From Squalus acanthias (taxonomy: Eukaryota), in the NCBI GenBank assembly GCA_030390025.1, contig CM059432.1, positions 74,154,001 to 74,218,000 of the forward strand: 64,000 nt of DNA, in the 5' to 3' direction. The translations under genes were made by a program, and so were the position numbers. The notes beneath the pieces were generated by a model. It saw only the letters and a list, made by a program, of their open reading frames with translations, was not told the DNA's origin and ran no database searches. Shown here piece after piece: positions 1-13,165 of the stretch (position 1 is its first letter; each line of letters starts with the position of its first letter).

Positions 1-224
1 TGAGCATGTTATCAACTGATCTAAGCTGCAGATTTTTTTAAATATACTTTTCGTGTCCGATACAAAATGAATGGAGTAGAATTAGCATAGGGTGAACCAG
101 AAAGGGCCCAGGGAGTAATAGTGGAATTGTCAGTGTCTAAACAATGTAATGAAGTGAATTTTGAAAAGAAATTGCTGGGATATGCCTGCTGAGGCAGCAC
201 AATGTACTGATTAACCATAACTTG

Positions 225-665
225 AGTAAAGTTCTAGTTAGCACATTGGTGATATACAAGCATTGGGGAGGGTGCAGAGAAAAGTAATAGAAATGATTCC
301 AAGTATAAGCGTCTAACCTTTGAGGAAAGATTCGAAAAGCTCAACCTCTACAGCCCAGAGAGAAGACGGTTAAGGGGATAACTTGAAGTGTATAAAATAT
401 TGAATAATTTGTTAAGATAAATTCTGAATATTACTTTAAAATCTGTTGGGATAGTAGGACTAGAGGTCGTAACTTAAAAACTTGTGAAAAATAAATTTAG
501 ATGTAATAGTTATAACAGCAGGAACTTCTAATGGTGATCAAGGTCTAGCATCATCTTCCAGGCAGGGAAGGTGGACATGCACATTTGGGGATTTCAGAAC
601 TCAATTGAATGCTAGGTTGAGTTAGTTTCAGCGAGCCAACTGGTCTTTTCTTGTAATGAAGTAAT
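225..665 (+). mobile_element. Old, degraded CR1 LINE 3' fragment
   Basis: Decayed CR1 ORF2 C-terminal sequence (gagggtgcagagaa..., gagagaagacggttaagggga = ERRRLRG); ends approximate. Confidence 0.65.
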
Positions 666-859
666 GAAGTGGTCTGGTTCCAGGTGTGTTTTAGCCTTCT
701 GCACTTGTCAAACAAAAAGGTTGTAATTGAAGCAGAGGTTTTTCGTGAAAGTCTCAGTCAAAGTGTTTGTGTCGTACTGCCAAGAGTAACTTTCCATTCA
801 CCATTCAACAAAATCTGTTAATTTTAATATATTCTGCTGTGTAAAGAAATTTCCTTTTG

Positions 860-2500
860 TGGTGCTGGAAATACTCAGGTCAGGCAGCATCTGTGGAGTG
901 AGAAACAATTAACGTTTCAGATCGATTACTTTTTAATCAGAACTGAAAAGTTTGAGATGTAACAGGTTTTAAGCAAGTGCAAAGGCATGGAAGGGGGGGT
1001 GGAGTAGAGGAAAGAACAAATGGGAAAGGTCTGTAATTGGGTGGAAGGCAGGAAAGATTAAATGACAAAAGGGATGATGGTGCAAGGCAAAAGAAACAAA
1101 AGATGGGTCAAGAGGAGATGTAAATGGGGATATCACAATCATCAGGAATAGCTGCCGTCTGGAAAAAATGGGGGCAGAGGTTATAATCTGAAATTGTTGA
1201 ACTCAATGTTGATTCTGGAAGGCTCCGAATAAAAAAAAAAGAGGTACTGTTCCTAAAGCTTATGTTGAGCTTCATTGGGGCAATGTAGGAGGCCAAGATC
1301 AGAGTGAGAATGGGGCGGAGAATTAAAATGACAGGCGACAGGAAGCTTGGGGTCACCCTTGCAGACTGAATGGAGGTGTTCCACAAAGTGGTAACCCAAA
1401 CTGTTTGGTCTTCACAATGTAGAGGAGACTGCATCGTGAGCAGCGAATACAGTATACTAAATTGAAAGAAGTACAAGTAAATCGCTGTTTCACCTGGAAA
1501 GTGTTTGGGGCCCTGGACGGTGGGAAGGGAGGAGGTGAAAGGGCAGGTGTTGCATCTCCTGCGCTTGCAAGGGAAGGAGTGGGGGTTAGGGGTTATAGAG
1601 GAGTGGACCAGGGTGTTGCGGAGGGAACGGTCCCTTCGGAATGCTGAAAGGGGAGGGGAAGATGTGTTGGTGGTGGGATCACGCTGGAGATGGCGGAGGA
1701 TGATACGTTGAATGTGGAGGCTGGTTGGGTGGAAGGCAAGGACAAGGGGAACTCCATCGTGGTTCCGGGAGGGAGGGGAAGTGGTGAGAGCAGAAGTGCG
1801 GGAAATGGAACGGACACGGTCGAGGGCCCTGTCAACCACGGTAGAGGGGAATCCTTGGTTGAGGAAAAAGGAAGACATACCGGAAGCAGTGGAATGGAAG
1901 GTGGCATCGGCGGAACAGATGCGACGGAGACAGAGAAACTGGGAGAATGGAATAGAGTCCTTACAGGAAGTGGGGTGGGAGGAAGTGTAGTCAAGGTAGC
2001 TGTAGGAGTCAGTGAGTTTATAGTGGATATTGGTCAACACCTATCCCCAGAAATGGAGAGAAGTCGAGGAGGGGAAGAGTCAGAGATGGATCGTGTGAAG
2101 GTGAGGGAAGGGTGGAAATTGCAAGTTGATGAAATTTTCCAGTTCGGGGCGAGAGCAGGAAACGGCACCACTACAATCAGCAATGTACTGCAAAAAGAGG
2201 TGAGGGAGGGGACGTGAGTAGGACTGGAACAAGGAATATTCCACATATCCCACGAAAAGGCAGACACAGCTCAGGACCCATGCAGGTTCCCATAGCAACA
2301 CCTTTTATTTGGAGGAAGTGAGTGGAGTCAAAGGAGAAGTTATTCAATGTGAGAACGTGTACAGCCAGGTGGAGGAGGAGGATGGGGTTGGGCCTCCATT
2401 CAAGGAAGAAACGGAGAGCCCTCAGGCTGTCCTGATGGGGGATGGAGGTGTAGATGGATTGGTCAGTCATGGTGAAAAGGAGATGGTTATGGGTCCTAGT
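860..2500 (-). mobile_element. Penelope-like element family A, left arm (RT C-terminal part, GIY-YIG, 3' UTR), frameshifted
   Basis: Minus ORFs give GVAMGTCMGP, YLDYTSSHPTSCKDSIPFSQFLCLRRICS and CKRRRCNTCPF, typical PLE RT and linker motifs. Confidence 0.88.
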
Positions 2501-2504
2501 AATG

Positions 2505-3006
2505 CTTGCCTTTTCCTTGAATATGTGGAATATTCTTTGTTCCGTTCCTACTTGGCTCCCCTCCCTCACCTCAATTCTGGTACATTGATGACTGCATCAG
2601 TGCCATTTCCTGCTCTCGCCCTGAGCTGGAAAATGTCATCAACTTTGCTTCCAATTTCCACCATTCCCTCGCCATTGGGGAGACCAAACGCAGATTGGGT
2701 GACCGTTTTGCGGAACACCTCCGTTCAGTCCGCAAGTGTGACCCTGAGCTTCCGACTGCCTGTCATTTTAATTCTATGCCCCACTCCCACTCTGACCTGT
2801 CTGTCCTCAGCCTCCTACATTGTTCCAATGAAGCTCAACGTAAGCTCGAGGAACAGCACCTCATCTTTCTATTAAGCACTTTACAGCCTTCCAGACATTG
2901 AGTTAACTATTTCAGATCATAAACTCTGCCCCCATTTTTTCAAACGGCAGCTGTTGCTGTTGATTCTGCTATTCCCATTTACACCTCCTCTAGACCCATC
3001 TTTTGT
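2505..3006 (+). mobile_element. Penelope-like element family A, inverted right arm part 1
   Basis: Reverse complement of ~2100-2265 and ~1100-1420; ORF 2695-2901 GDRFAEHLRSV...EAQRKLEEQHLIF is a GIY-YIG C-terminus. Confidence 0.85.
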
Positions 3007-4410
3007 ACCATTGTTTAAAAAGGGAGAAAGGGATAGACTGAGTAATTACAGGCCAGTCAGCCTAACCTCGGTGGTGGGCAAATTGTTGGAAAAATTCTGA
3101 GGGACAGTATTAGTCGTCATTTAGAAAGGCACGGATTAATCAAGGACAGTCGGCATGGATTTGTTAATGGAAGGTTGTATCTGACTGACTTGATTGAATT
3201 TTTTGATGAGGTAACGAGGAGAGTTGATGAGGGTAGTGCGTTTGATGTAGTCTACATGGATTTTAGCAAGGCCTTTGACAAGGTCCCACATGGCAGACTG
3301 GTCAGAAAAGTAAAAGCCCATGGGATCCAAGTGAAAGTGGCAAGTTGGATCCAAAATTGGCTTAGTGGCAGGAAGCAAAGGGTAATGGTCGACGGATGTT
3401 TTTGTGACTGGAAAGATGTTTCTAGTGGGGTTCCGCAGGGCTCAGTGCTAGGTCCCTTGCTTTTTGTGGCATGCATCAATGATTTAGACTTCAATGTAGG
3501 GGGCAAGATTTAGAAGCTTGCAGATGATACAAAATTGGCCGTGTGCTTGCGAGTGAGGAAGAAAGCTGTAGACTGCAGGAAGATATCAATGGACTGGCCA
3601 GGTGGGCAGAAAAGTGGCAAATGGAATTCAAACTGGAGAAGTGTGAGGTAATGCATTTGGGGAGGGCTAACAAGGCAAGGGAATACACAATAAATGGTAG
3701 GATACTGAAGTGTAGAGGAACAGAGGGACCTAGGAATGCATGTTCACAGATCCCTGAAGGTATTAGGACAAGTAGATAAGGTGGTTAAGAAGGCATACGG
3801 GATACTTTCCTTTATTAGCTGAAGCATAGAATATTAGAGCAGGGAAGTTATGCTTGAACTGTATAAAACACTAGTTAGGCCACAGCTAGAGTACTGCATA
3901 CAGTTCTGGTCACCACATTACAGGAAAGATGTGATTGCACTAGAGAGGGTACAAAGGAGATTTACGAAGATGTTGCCAGCTATGAGGAAAGATTGGAGAG
4001 GCTGGGGTTGTTTTCTTTGGAACAGAGGAGGCTGAGGGGAGACTTGATTGAGGTGTATAAAGTTATGAGGGGCCTAGATACAATGGCTAAGGAGGACCTA
4101 TTTCCCCTAGCAGAGAGGTCAATAACCAGGGGGCATAGATTTAAAGTAATTTGCAGAAGGATTCGAGGGGAGTTGAGAACTTTTTTCCACCCAGAGGGTC
4201 GTGGGGGTCTGGAACACACTGCCTGAAAGGGTGGTAGAGGCAGAAACGCTCAGTACATTTAAAAAGTACTTGGATATGCACTTGAAGTGCTGTAACCTAC
4301 AAGGCAACGGACCAAGAGCTGGAAAGTGGGATTAGGCTGGATAGCTCTTTTTTGGCCAGCACAGCCACGATGGGTCGAATGGCCTCCTTCTGTGCTGTAA
4401 ATTTCTATGC
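3007..4410 (+). mobile_element. 5'-truncated CR1 LINE inserted in the PLE right arm
   Basis: RT motifs [32 protein letters not shown]1 3' UTR; PLE sequence (ttttgt...) resumes at ~4415. Confidence 0.92.
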
Positions 4411-4414
4411 TTCT

Positions 4415-4695
4415 ATTATTTTGTTTCTTTACTTGTCCCATTACCATCTCCTTTCGCCTTGCACCATCATCCCTTTTGTCATATAAACTCTCCTGCCTTC
4501 CACCCTTCCTCCCTATCACAGACCTTCCCTTTTGTTCTTTGCTGCCCTCCCCCTTTCCCTGCCTCTGTATTTGCTTAAAACCTGTTGCATCTCGAACTTT
4601 TTCCAGTTCTGACGAAAGGTCATCCTGAAATGTTAAATCTGTTTCTCTCTCCACAGATGCTGCCTGGCCTGAGTGTTTCCAGCATTTTGTTGATT
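4415..4695 (+). mobile_element. Penelope-like element family A, right arm part 2 (3' UTR/pLTR)
   Basis: Reverse complement of ~860-1090; similar to 44290-44540. Confidence 0.85.
4604..4640 (+). ncRNA. Minimal PLE-type hammerhead ribozyme motif (damaged)
   Basis: CTGACGA (4609-4615), AGG-TCAT-CCT stem, GAAA (4627-4630), then TGTT where sibling copies have CGTT. Confidence 0.7.
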
Positions 4696-5065
4696 TTATT
4701 GTCTCTGTTCTTGGCCATGCATGTCTTATAGCCAGGAAGTTTTGTAGCACCCAGACCTGCTGGAGCCACTCTGTGCTGGCTGCTAAATGTGTGCAAGAGC
4801 AGTTGAGGGACAAGACGCTTGTGTTTCTCTCCTGTGGAGAAGCACTTGGTCTTTGGCATAGCTCTTCCCCATAGCAATACAGCTAAAATCAGGGACTCAA
4901 ACGTATGGTATTGAGCTCATGTCTCTGCTGTCATGCAGTGTTGTTGCTCTAAAGTGGTGCTGTTTGATTTTAAGTTTACTGCTTTTCTAATTTTTCCGGT
5001 GATCCAGCTGTAAATGAAAGACATTATGATGTAATTACTACTTACCTCAAATCCATTATCAATTT

Positions 5066-7045
5066 AACATGGCACTTGCACTGCCAAATCTGGCTGGACC
5101 ACATAAAGCATTATCAGGTCCTGCTTTCGTCTGCCAAAACTGCTCACTATTCCAGAATCATTCTGGAATGCAAAGATAACCCCCAGGTTCTTTTCTCTAC
5201 TGCTAACTGTCTTCTTAAACCCCTCTCCCCTGTCTCCTCCACACTCGCCACCAACAAGAAGTTCGAGGAGCTCATGGACTTCTTTGTCTCTAAGATTGAG
5301 GCCATCCGATCAACTGCCTCTTCCACTTCCCTTCCTTCCCCTAGACCACTGGGCCAACTTCTAAGGCTCCCCCCTGCCCTAGCCCTGAACTCGCATCTTT
5401 CTCCAGTTTCTCTCTGAACTCCCCTCATGAACTCTCTGCGCTCATCTTGTCCATGAGACCCACTTCCTGCTCCCTCGACCCTATTCCCACTAAACTGCTG
5501 ACCACCCAACTTCCTTTTCTGGCTCTTATGTTAGCTGACATTGTTAACGGTTCTCTCCTCAGGTGCTGTCCCCCTCTCCTTCAAATCTACCGTCATCATC
5601 CCTGACCCCTCCGTCCTTGCAAACTACCACCCAATCTCCCTTTCCCTTCAAGTCCTTGAACGTGTTGTCGCCTCCCATCTTTCCTGGAACTCCATGTTTA
5701 AATCCCTCCAGTCAGGTTTCCGCCCCTACCACAGTACCAAAACAGCTCTCATTAAAGTCACAAATGACATCCTTTGTGACTGTAACAAATGTAAACTATC
5801 CCTCCTCGTCCTTCTTGACTTGTCTGCAGCCTTTGACATGGTTGACCACTCCATCCTTCTCCAACGCCTCTCCACCATTGTCCAGCAGAGTGGGACTGCA
5901 CTCGCCTGGTTCCATTCTTATCTATCTAATCGTAGCCAGAGAATCACTGCAATGGCTTCTCTTCCCACTCCCACAACGTTATCTCTGGTGTCCCCCAAGG
6001 ATCTATCCTTGGCCCCCTCCTATTTCTCATCTATATGCTGCCCCTTGGCGACATTATCTGAAAACACAGTGTCAGTTTCCACATGTACACTGATGACACC
6101 CAGCACTACCTCTTCTCTCGACCTCTCCACGGTCTCTAAATTGTCAGCCTGCTTGTCCGACATCCAGTTCTGGATAAGCAGAAATTTTCTCCAATTAAAT
6201 ATTGGGAAGACCGAAGTCACTGTTTTCGGTCCCTGCCACAAACTCCATTCCCTAGCCACTGACTCCATCCCTCTCCCTAACATCTGTCTGAGGCCGAACC
6301 ACACTGTTCGCAACCTTGGTGTCATATTTTGACCCTGAAATGAGCTTCCGACCACATATCCGTCGTATAACTAAGACCACCTATTTCCACCTCCATGACA
6401 TCGCCCGTCTCTGCCTTTGCTTCCGCTCATCTGGTGCTGAAACCCTCATCCATGTCTTTGTTACCTCTAGCCTTGACTATTCCAACGCACTCCTGGCTGG
6501 CCTCCCACATTCCACCCTACGTAAACTTGAGGTCATCCAAAACTCTGCTGCCCGTGTCCTAACTCGCACCAAGTCCTGTTCACCCACCATCCCTGTGGTC
6601 GCTGACCAACACTGGCTCCTAGTTAAGCAACGCCTCGATTTTAAAATTCTCATCCTTGTTTACAAATCCCTCCATGGCCTCGCCCCTCCCTATCTCTGAA
6701 ATCTCCTCCGGCCCCACCCCCCCCCCCCCCCCCCCCCGGAGAATAACTGCGCTCCTCTAATTCTACCCTCTTGAGCATCCCTGATTATAATTGCATAACC
6801 ATTGGTGGCCGTGCTTTCAGCTGCTGAGGCCCTAAGCTCTGGAATTCCCTCCCTAAACCTCTCTGCCTCTCTTTCCTCTTTTAAGTCGTTCCTTAAAACC
6901 TACCTCTTTGACCAAGCTTTTGGCCATCGGCTCTAATTTCTCCTTTTGTGGCTCAGTGTCAAATTTCTTGTGTCTTATAACACGCCTGTGAAGTGCCTTG
7001 GGACATTTTACTACATTAAATGTGCTATATAAATACTTGTAGTTG
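5066..7045 (+). mobile_element. L2 LINE, 5'-truncated, frameshifted ORF2
   Basis: QSGFRPYHSTKTALIKVTNDIL, LLDLSAAFDMVDH, FVTSSLDYSNALLAG; L2-type tail (gtgaagtgccttgggacattttactacattaaa...tatataaat). Confidence 0.92.
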
Positions 7046-7079
7046 AAGTAGTACTAACCCCCCCCCCCCCCAGCCCCCA

Positions 7080-7435
7080 ATTTTCTCCACTGAATTCATA
7101 CTAGGATACAGTTCCAGGGACACCATCCACCCCATGCCCCCGCCACTACCTTTGCCCAAGTGGATGTTCTTTTGCGTGAGCCGAGACGGTTTCAGCAAGC
7201 TAAGGAGGAAATTGAAGACAAACCTGGTCCAATCCTTCCCCAATATCCCTATAAGCATCCTTCTGAAGTGATGGGTGCAGGAACTCTGATTTATTTTTTG
7301 TTGCCCCCCAGTAGTCCAAGGATACCAAGAGCAATTATAGCTCTCCACTTGCTACCCTAGCTGAGATCACCTACCATTTGGTTTGTATGGCTTATTATTC
7401 TACTAGGTGGTACCTTTACCCACTAGGCCATTGGA
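7080..7435 (-). mobile_element. Ancient degenerate SINE-like interspersed repeat (unnamed family)
   Basis: Shares blocks (gatctcagc, ctacaattg, cacttgggcaaagg, ggaactgtatcc) with ~10960-11140 (-), ~20210-20500 (+), ~54120-54240 (+) and ~55185-55490 (+). Confidence 0.5.
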
Positions 7436-7570
7436 ATAGTTCACCTTTTCGACAACTAAGTGGATGTGACGTTGATCATCTGTTATGTTATGCATGTGCA
7501 ATGTTTTTAGTGCCCGAATATCATTTTAGAAATGTTTGAATATTGATCTGAAAGACCCAAAATAAAAATG

Positions 7571-8025
7571 AAAAGAAAAGAAAGACTTGCGCCTTTCATG
7601 ACCACCGGACGTCCCAAAGCACTTTATAGCCAATGAAGTAATTTTTTGTTTGAAGTGTTGTAATGTAGGAAACGTGGCAGCCAATTTGCGCACAGCAAGC
7701 TCCCATGAACAGCAATGTGGTAATGACCAGATAATCTGTTTTAGTGATGTTGATTGAGGGTTAAATATTGGCCAGGGCACTGGATTATTCCCCTGCTCTT
7801 CTTTGAAATAGTGCCATAGGATCGTTTACGTCCTCCTGAGAGAGCAAACAGGGCCTCCGTTTTAACGTCTCATCCAAATGATGGCACCTCCAACAGTGCA
7901 GCACTCCCTCAGTACTGTACTGGAGTGTCAGCCTAGATTTTTGTGCTCAAGTCCCTGGAGTTGGACTTGAACCCACAACCTTCTGACTCAGAGGCGAGGG
8001 TGCTACCCACTGAGGCACAGCTGAC
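7571..8025 (-). mobile_element. DeuSINE (SacSINE1-like), near full length
   Basis: tRNA head with B box (ggttcaagtcc), Deu-domain-like gatgagacgttaaaac.gaggccc, L2-like tail; matches 16654-17109. Confidence 0.85.
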
Positions 8026-8364
8026 GCTACTAAAGTTCAAAACTTTCTGCTACATTGAAGATTGATGGTATTTCCTGTTCAACAAAGCAAGCTTTAATAT
8101 CTCATTGATATGACGGTGCAGATATTCTTTCAGCGCTAGATGTCTGGCATTGAATCTTTGGTGGAAAGAAAATGAGTTACAGTCTACTTGAAACTCAAAA
8201 TTTATTTTTAAAATTTGTTTATGGGATGTGGACGTTGCTGGCAAGGCCAGCATTTATTGCCCATCCCTGATTGTCCTTGAGAAGGTGGTGGTGCACTTTA
8301 ATATAGGAATGGGAAAAGGTCATCCAACCTATCTGGGTTAGGGCCTGTTTGGATCTTTTAATAA

Positions 8365-8650
8365 ATCTTGCATTCATATCCTGTTTTATAATATGTCTCA
8401 AAGCAGTTCTTCACATGCAGTTAATTATTTTAAGATGCAGTGACTGTAATGTAGAGAAATGTGGCAGCCATTTTGAGCATAGCTAGATCTCACCATCAGC
8501 TATCAGATGAATGACCCACCTAATCTGTTTTTGGTCAGGTCAGCGGGAAGACTCCCCATTTCTCTTCAAATAGTGTTATATCTTTAACGTCCACATAAAC
8601 TACTGGAACAAGCAGATTGGGCTTCGGTTTAGTGTCTCATCTGAAGGGCA
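8365..8650 (-). mobile_element. Degraded DeuSINE fragment
   Basis: Colinear similarity to ~7590-7880. Confidence 0.6.
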
Positions 8651-9453
8651 GATTGTATTTCTATCCTAAGCCAGTGTCTATTCCCTCCTAAGTCCGGGAT
8701 TGATCCAATTCTCTTTTGAATACTTCAGTTAAGCCATGATCACTACACTAGATGGCACTCTGCTCTATGTTGAATCCAAGTATAAAGTTAATTCACTTCA
8801 ACTATGACTTCTTTAGCTGGTCATCTCTGATTCTCTTAACCTGGTTTTGCACAAAATATCACTTCATTTTAGTTAGTTATTTTGAAAACGTAGATAATAT
8901 TCTTCCTCTTTGTCTCATTAACATTTTCCTGGTAAGCTTCCTCAGCCTGTCCTAATAGCGGAGTCTAAAACCTGGGATAATCTTTACTTTTCTCTGAAAC
9001 TTTTTCAGTACTTATGAGGGAGGGATTGAGGATGAGAGATCTGTTTTTTTTGTTGCTGGTATGTCGCTTGCCACAATACTCCTGGTCTCATTAATACTTG
9101 AATGTACTTCACTGTCGACTTGTATTCTATTCTATCTGACCTGTGGATCTATTTAATCATTTTTGTTCGCAAATGTTGTTGTGCATTGTGAAGCTATTTT
9201 CCAGTTACTATGCCTAGATTTTTTTCTGCCTTATTAGAAGTACTGTAGTCATAATTCCTGTTCCTGTATGTATTTCACTATACTCGAGTGCTAAAATGCA
9301 TTTGTGATCATCTGCCTAATTGCTAACTATCTGTAGATCTCCTGAATTTATACTTTTCTCCTTTTAAAAAAAAAAATCTTGCTTTCTCTCAACTTATCTG
9401 CAAACTTGGATGTTTTATTCGAGTTTTTATAGGTATTGGAAACTGGACACTTA

Positions 9454-10346
9454 GGGGTAAAAATTCACTTGGTTGCGCCACCCGTTAGCGCCTTAAGAGG
9501 GCGCTAATGGGGCGCAAAGCCGCTAACGCCCGGGCGCAGCGATGTTTGCGCCGCTCGAGAACTTAACTTGAGATTGTGCGGCGGCGCTAAAACTTACCGC
9601 TGCGACCACCTGCGCGCGCAGATTGTGACGTCATTCCATGGTGCAACGCCCTTGGGGCGCCCCGTAGCGGAAATTGAGTGGCGCCCCCTGCCTTACCGCC
9701 TGGCGCTTCCAACGACCAGAAGACTGGAACGCTATCAATCGCTGTGGGGCTGGGGGGGGCGCTATTTAAAGGGGGCCTCTTCCTGTCTTTTATTGTTGGT
9801 GGCATTTTTGAACTACGCATTCTGAGAGAGAGAGGGAGAGACTTCTGGAGAGATTCAACGTTGTGTGAAGGAGTTTTGGGTACTGAGCAGCACTTTGCAG
9901 GTTCATTTTGATTTGCCATTCCTTGTATCGATTTAGCAGAGACCGTGTGAGCTGCACTCTGAGCTCTTTGCCTGGTGCTCTCCATTGTTCTTTCCAGCAC
10001 ATTTGATGTGCAAGTCTCTCCAGGCCGAGATTCAAGGCTGCAATGAACAGGATGTGGATGGAAAGCAAGATTAACCATCCCCTTTAAGAACTGGCCCGTG
10101 CCATTGTGTGTGTGTTCCATTGCTGACTGACATTACATGAGCTTCGCCAGCGCTCCGAGTTAGCGCCTCACTGCTCGGCCTTTGCGCCTTAAGAGAGGTG
10201 TGCAGCGCCTGCTTTAGCGCTCCACTCACCTCCCGGGGCGGTAAAAGTGAAGTTTCCCGTCAGTGGCGATAATTAGCGCCAGGCGCTAATATTTGCGTCC
10301 GGACGATATTTGCGCCCCAAATACGGCGCGACCTAATTTCTACCCC
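9454..10346. mobile_element. PIF/Harbinger-type non-autonomous DNA transposon
   Basis: TIRs GGGGTAAAAATT / AATTTCTACCCC; TTA TSD at 9451-9453 and 10347-10349; CpG-rich subterminal (TTA)GCGCC repeats. Confidence 0.82.
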
Positions 10347-10959
10347 TTAAAGTCTGAACCTTGGGGTACTCAACTGATCAGTTATCCAGTTAGAACTACT
10401 ACAAATTACTTTTTTCTTGGTAGCTAACTTGCTGCTTTCTCTAATCTCAAGACCTTTTATTTCAGCAACAAGTGTCTTGTGAGGAACATTACCTGCTGCT
10501 TTCAAAGTCAAAATATATTAGTGCTCAAATACTGGTAATGGAAAAATTGACAAATGTATTAACCTGCCTTAAGCTTTTTGGTAGGAATTTGTTTGCTATT
10601 AAATAAACTTGAATTGCTTTCTTTGTAATAGACTTTAATGTTTTCTCCCTGTAGCCAATGATAATTTAGTATAGTCTAACAAAATTTGTATATTAGCTGT
10701 TTTCTAGTACTATATTTAATAATTTGAAGAAAACATCAGCCGCAGTCCCTCAAGTTTGTGTATTCTATTTGGGCCTCCTGCTTTATGAATATTCAAGTAA
10801 TGTAATGAATCTCTCCACTCGCTCTGTTGCATTTTCCATCCCTCCAGTTATTGGAAAGGACATTGCATTGTTTCCTCACTCTCAGACTTTGGACCTCCTG
10901 TCTTCCTCCAATCCTCCTTCACTTGGCTCCCATACATGCAAACTTTCAGCAGCGTATAC

Positions 10960-11140
10960 TGCCTAGCAATCAGGCTCAGGAACCACAGGTGACTTCCCCC
11001 TCCCTAACTGAGGTAAAGTGAGGCCAATTGTAGCACTCTTTTTTCTCTCCCTTTTTCCCCCCTCCAGCTGCAATCATCTAATTCAACATTGACCAGGGAT
11101 TGAACCTGGTACTATCTTGGCCCAGCTACTCGCTGGACAA
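10960..11140 (-). mobile_element. Ancient SINE-like repeat, 5' fragment with B box
   Basis: gggattgaacctgg = minus-strand GGTTCAATCCC; gctacaattggcctc block shared with the 7080 family. Confidence 0.5.
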
Positions 11141-13165
11141 ACGCGGTGGTAAACTCGGTGTGATTATGTCACAAAATTTGAATGGAAAGAGACAATTGCC
11201 AAAATCCTGAGGGAGAAGTGGGGACAGAATTGGTAGTGTGACTTCTAGGTCAGAAAAGCAGAATCATTTATGAGATACATGTAATTCAAATTGAATCCAG
11301 ATTAATAACTAATTGATTTGAATTGGATCAATTTGCCCAATAAATAAACACATTCAAAATCCACTGAAGTATACTCTGAGAATCTGACAACCCTCCTGTG
11401 AAAATCTGGTTCTGAGTCGATGGCTCAATTCACAAATCAGTCATTAAAAATGTAATTGTCTGGAGTTTTAGAACCCAGAAGAGAATTTCTGTGTTACCAT
11501 CTTGTGCTAGAGGGGTAATATATTGACTAAATATCAATTTGTCTGCGAAGGTTTAATGTAAGTTTATATCGTTCGGCTTCCCTTCCAAACTATGTACCAC
11601 ATTTTTTTTTATTCATTCATGGAATGTGTGCGCGTTGCTGGCAAGGCCAGCATTTATTGCCCATCCCTAGTTGCCCTTGAGAAGGTGGTGGTGAGCCGCC
11701 GCCTTGAACTGCTGCAGTCCGTGTGATGAAGGTACTCCCACAGTGCTGTTAGAGAGGGAGTTCCAGGATTTTGACCTAGCGACGATGAAGGAACAGCGAT
11801 ATACTTCCAAGTCAGGATGGTGTGTGACTTGGAGGTGGTGGTGTTCCCATGCGTCTGCTGCCGTTGTCCTTCTAGGTGGTAGAGGTCACAAGTTTGGGAG
11901 GTGCTGCCGAAGAAGCCTTGACGAGTTGCTGCAGTGCATCTTGTAGATGGTACACACTGCAGCCATGGTGCGCCGGTGGTGGAGGGAGTGAATGTTTAAG
12001 GTGGTTGATGGGAAGCCAATCAAGCGGGCTGCTTTGTCCTGGATGGTGTCGAGCTTCTTGAGTGTTGTTGGAGCTGCACTCATCCAGGCAAGGGGAGAGT
12101 ATTCCATCACACTCCTTACTTGTGCCTTGTAGATGGTGGAAAGGCTTTGGGGAGTCAGGAGGTGAGACACTCGCCACAGAATGCCTAGCCTCTGACCTGC
12201 TCTTGTTGCCACAGTATTTATGTGGCTCGTCCAGTTAAGTTTCTGGTCAATGGTGACCCCCAGAATGTTGTTGATAGATTTGGCGATGGTAATGCCGTTG
12301 AATGTCAAGGGGCGGTGGTTAGACTCTGGCTTGTTGGAGATAGTCATTGCCTGGCACTTGTGTGGTGCGAATGTTACCTGCCACTTATCAGCCCAAGCCT
12401 GAACATCGTCCAGGTCTCGTTGCATGCGGGCATGGACTGCTTCATTATCTGAGGAGTTGTGAATGGCGCTGAACACTGCGGTCATCAGTGAGCATCCCCA
12501 TTTCTGACCTTATGTTGGAGGGAAGGTCATTGATGAAGCAGCTGAAGATGGTTGGGCCTAGGACACTGCCCTGAGGAACTCCTGCAGCAATGTCCTTGGG
12601 CTGAGATGATTGGCTTCCAACAACCACAACCATCTTCCTTTGTGCTAGGTATGACTCCAGCCAGTGGAGTTTTCCCCGATTCCCATTGACTTAAATTTTA
12701 CTAGGGCTCCTTGATGCCACACTCTGTCAAATGCTGCCTTGATGTCAAGGGCAGTCACTCTCTTCACCTCTGGAATTCAGATCTTTTTCCCATGTTTGGA
12801 CCAAGGCTGTAATGAGGTCCGGAGCAGAGTGGTCCTGGCGGAACCCAAACTGAGCATCAGTGAGCAGGTTATTGGTAAGTGTCGCTTGATAGCACTGTCG
12901 ACGACACCTCCATCATTTTGCTGATGATTGAGAGTAGACTGATGGGGCGGTAATTGGCCGGATTGGATTTGTCCTGCTTTTTGTGGACAGGACATACCTG
13001 GGAAGTTTTCCACATTGTCGGATAGATGCCAGTGTTGTAGCTGTACTGGAACAACTTGGCTAGAGGCGCGGCTAGTTCTGGAGCACAAGTCTTCAGCACG
13101 ATAGCTGGGACGTTGTAGGGGCCCATAGCCTTTGCTGTATCCAGTGCGCTCAGCTATTTCTTGAT

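Noticed and set aside
1462..2875. Plus-strand ORFs (175 aa, 188 aa and others)
   Set aside because: Antisense or off-frame readings of Penelope sequence; the same applies to most ORFs overlapping CR1 and L2
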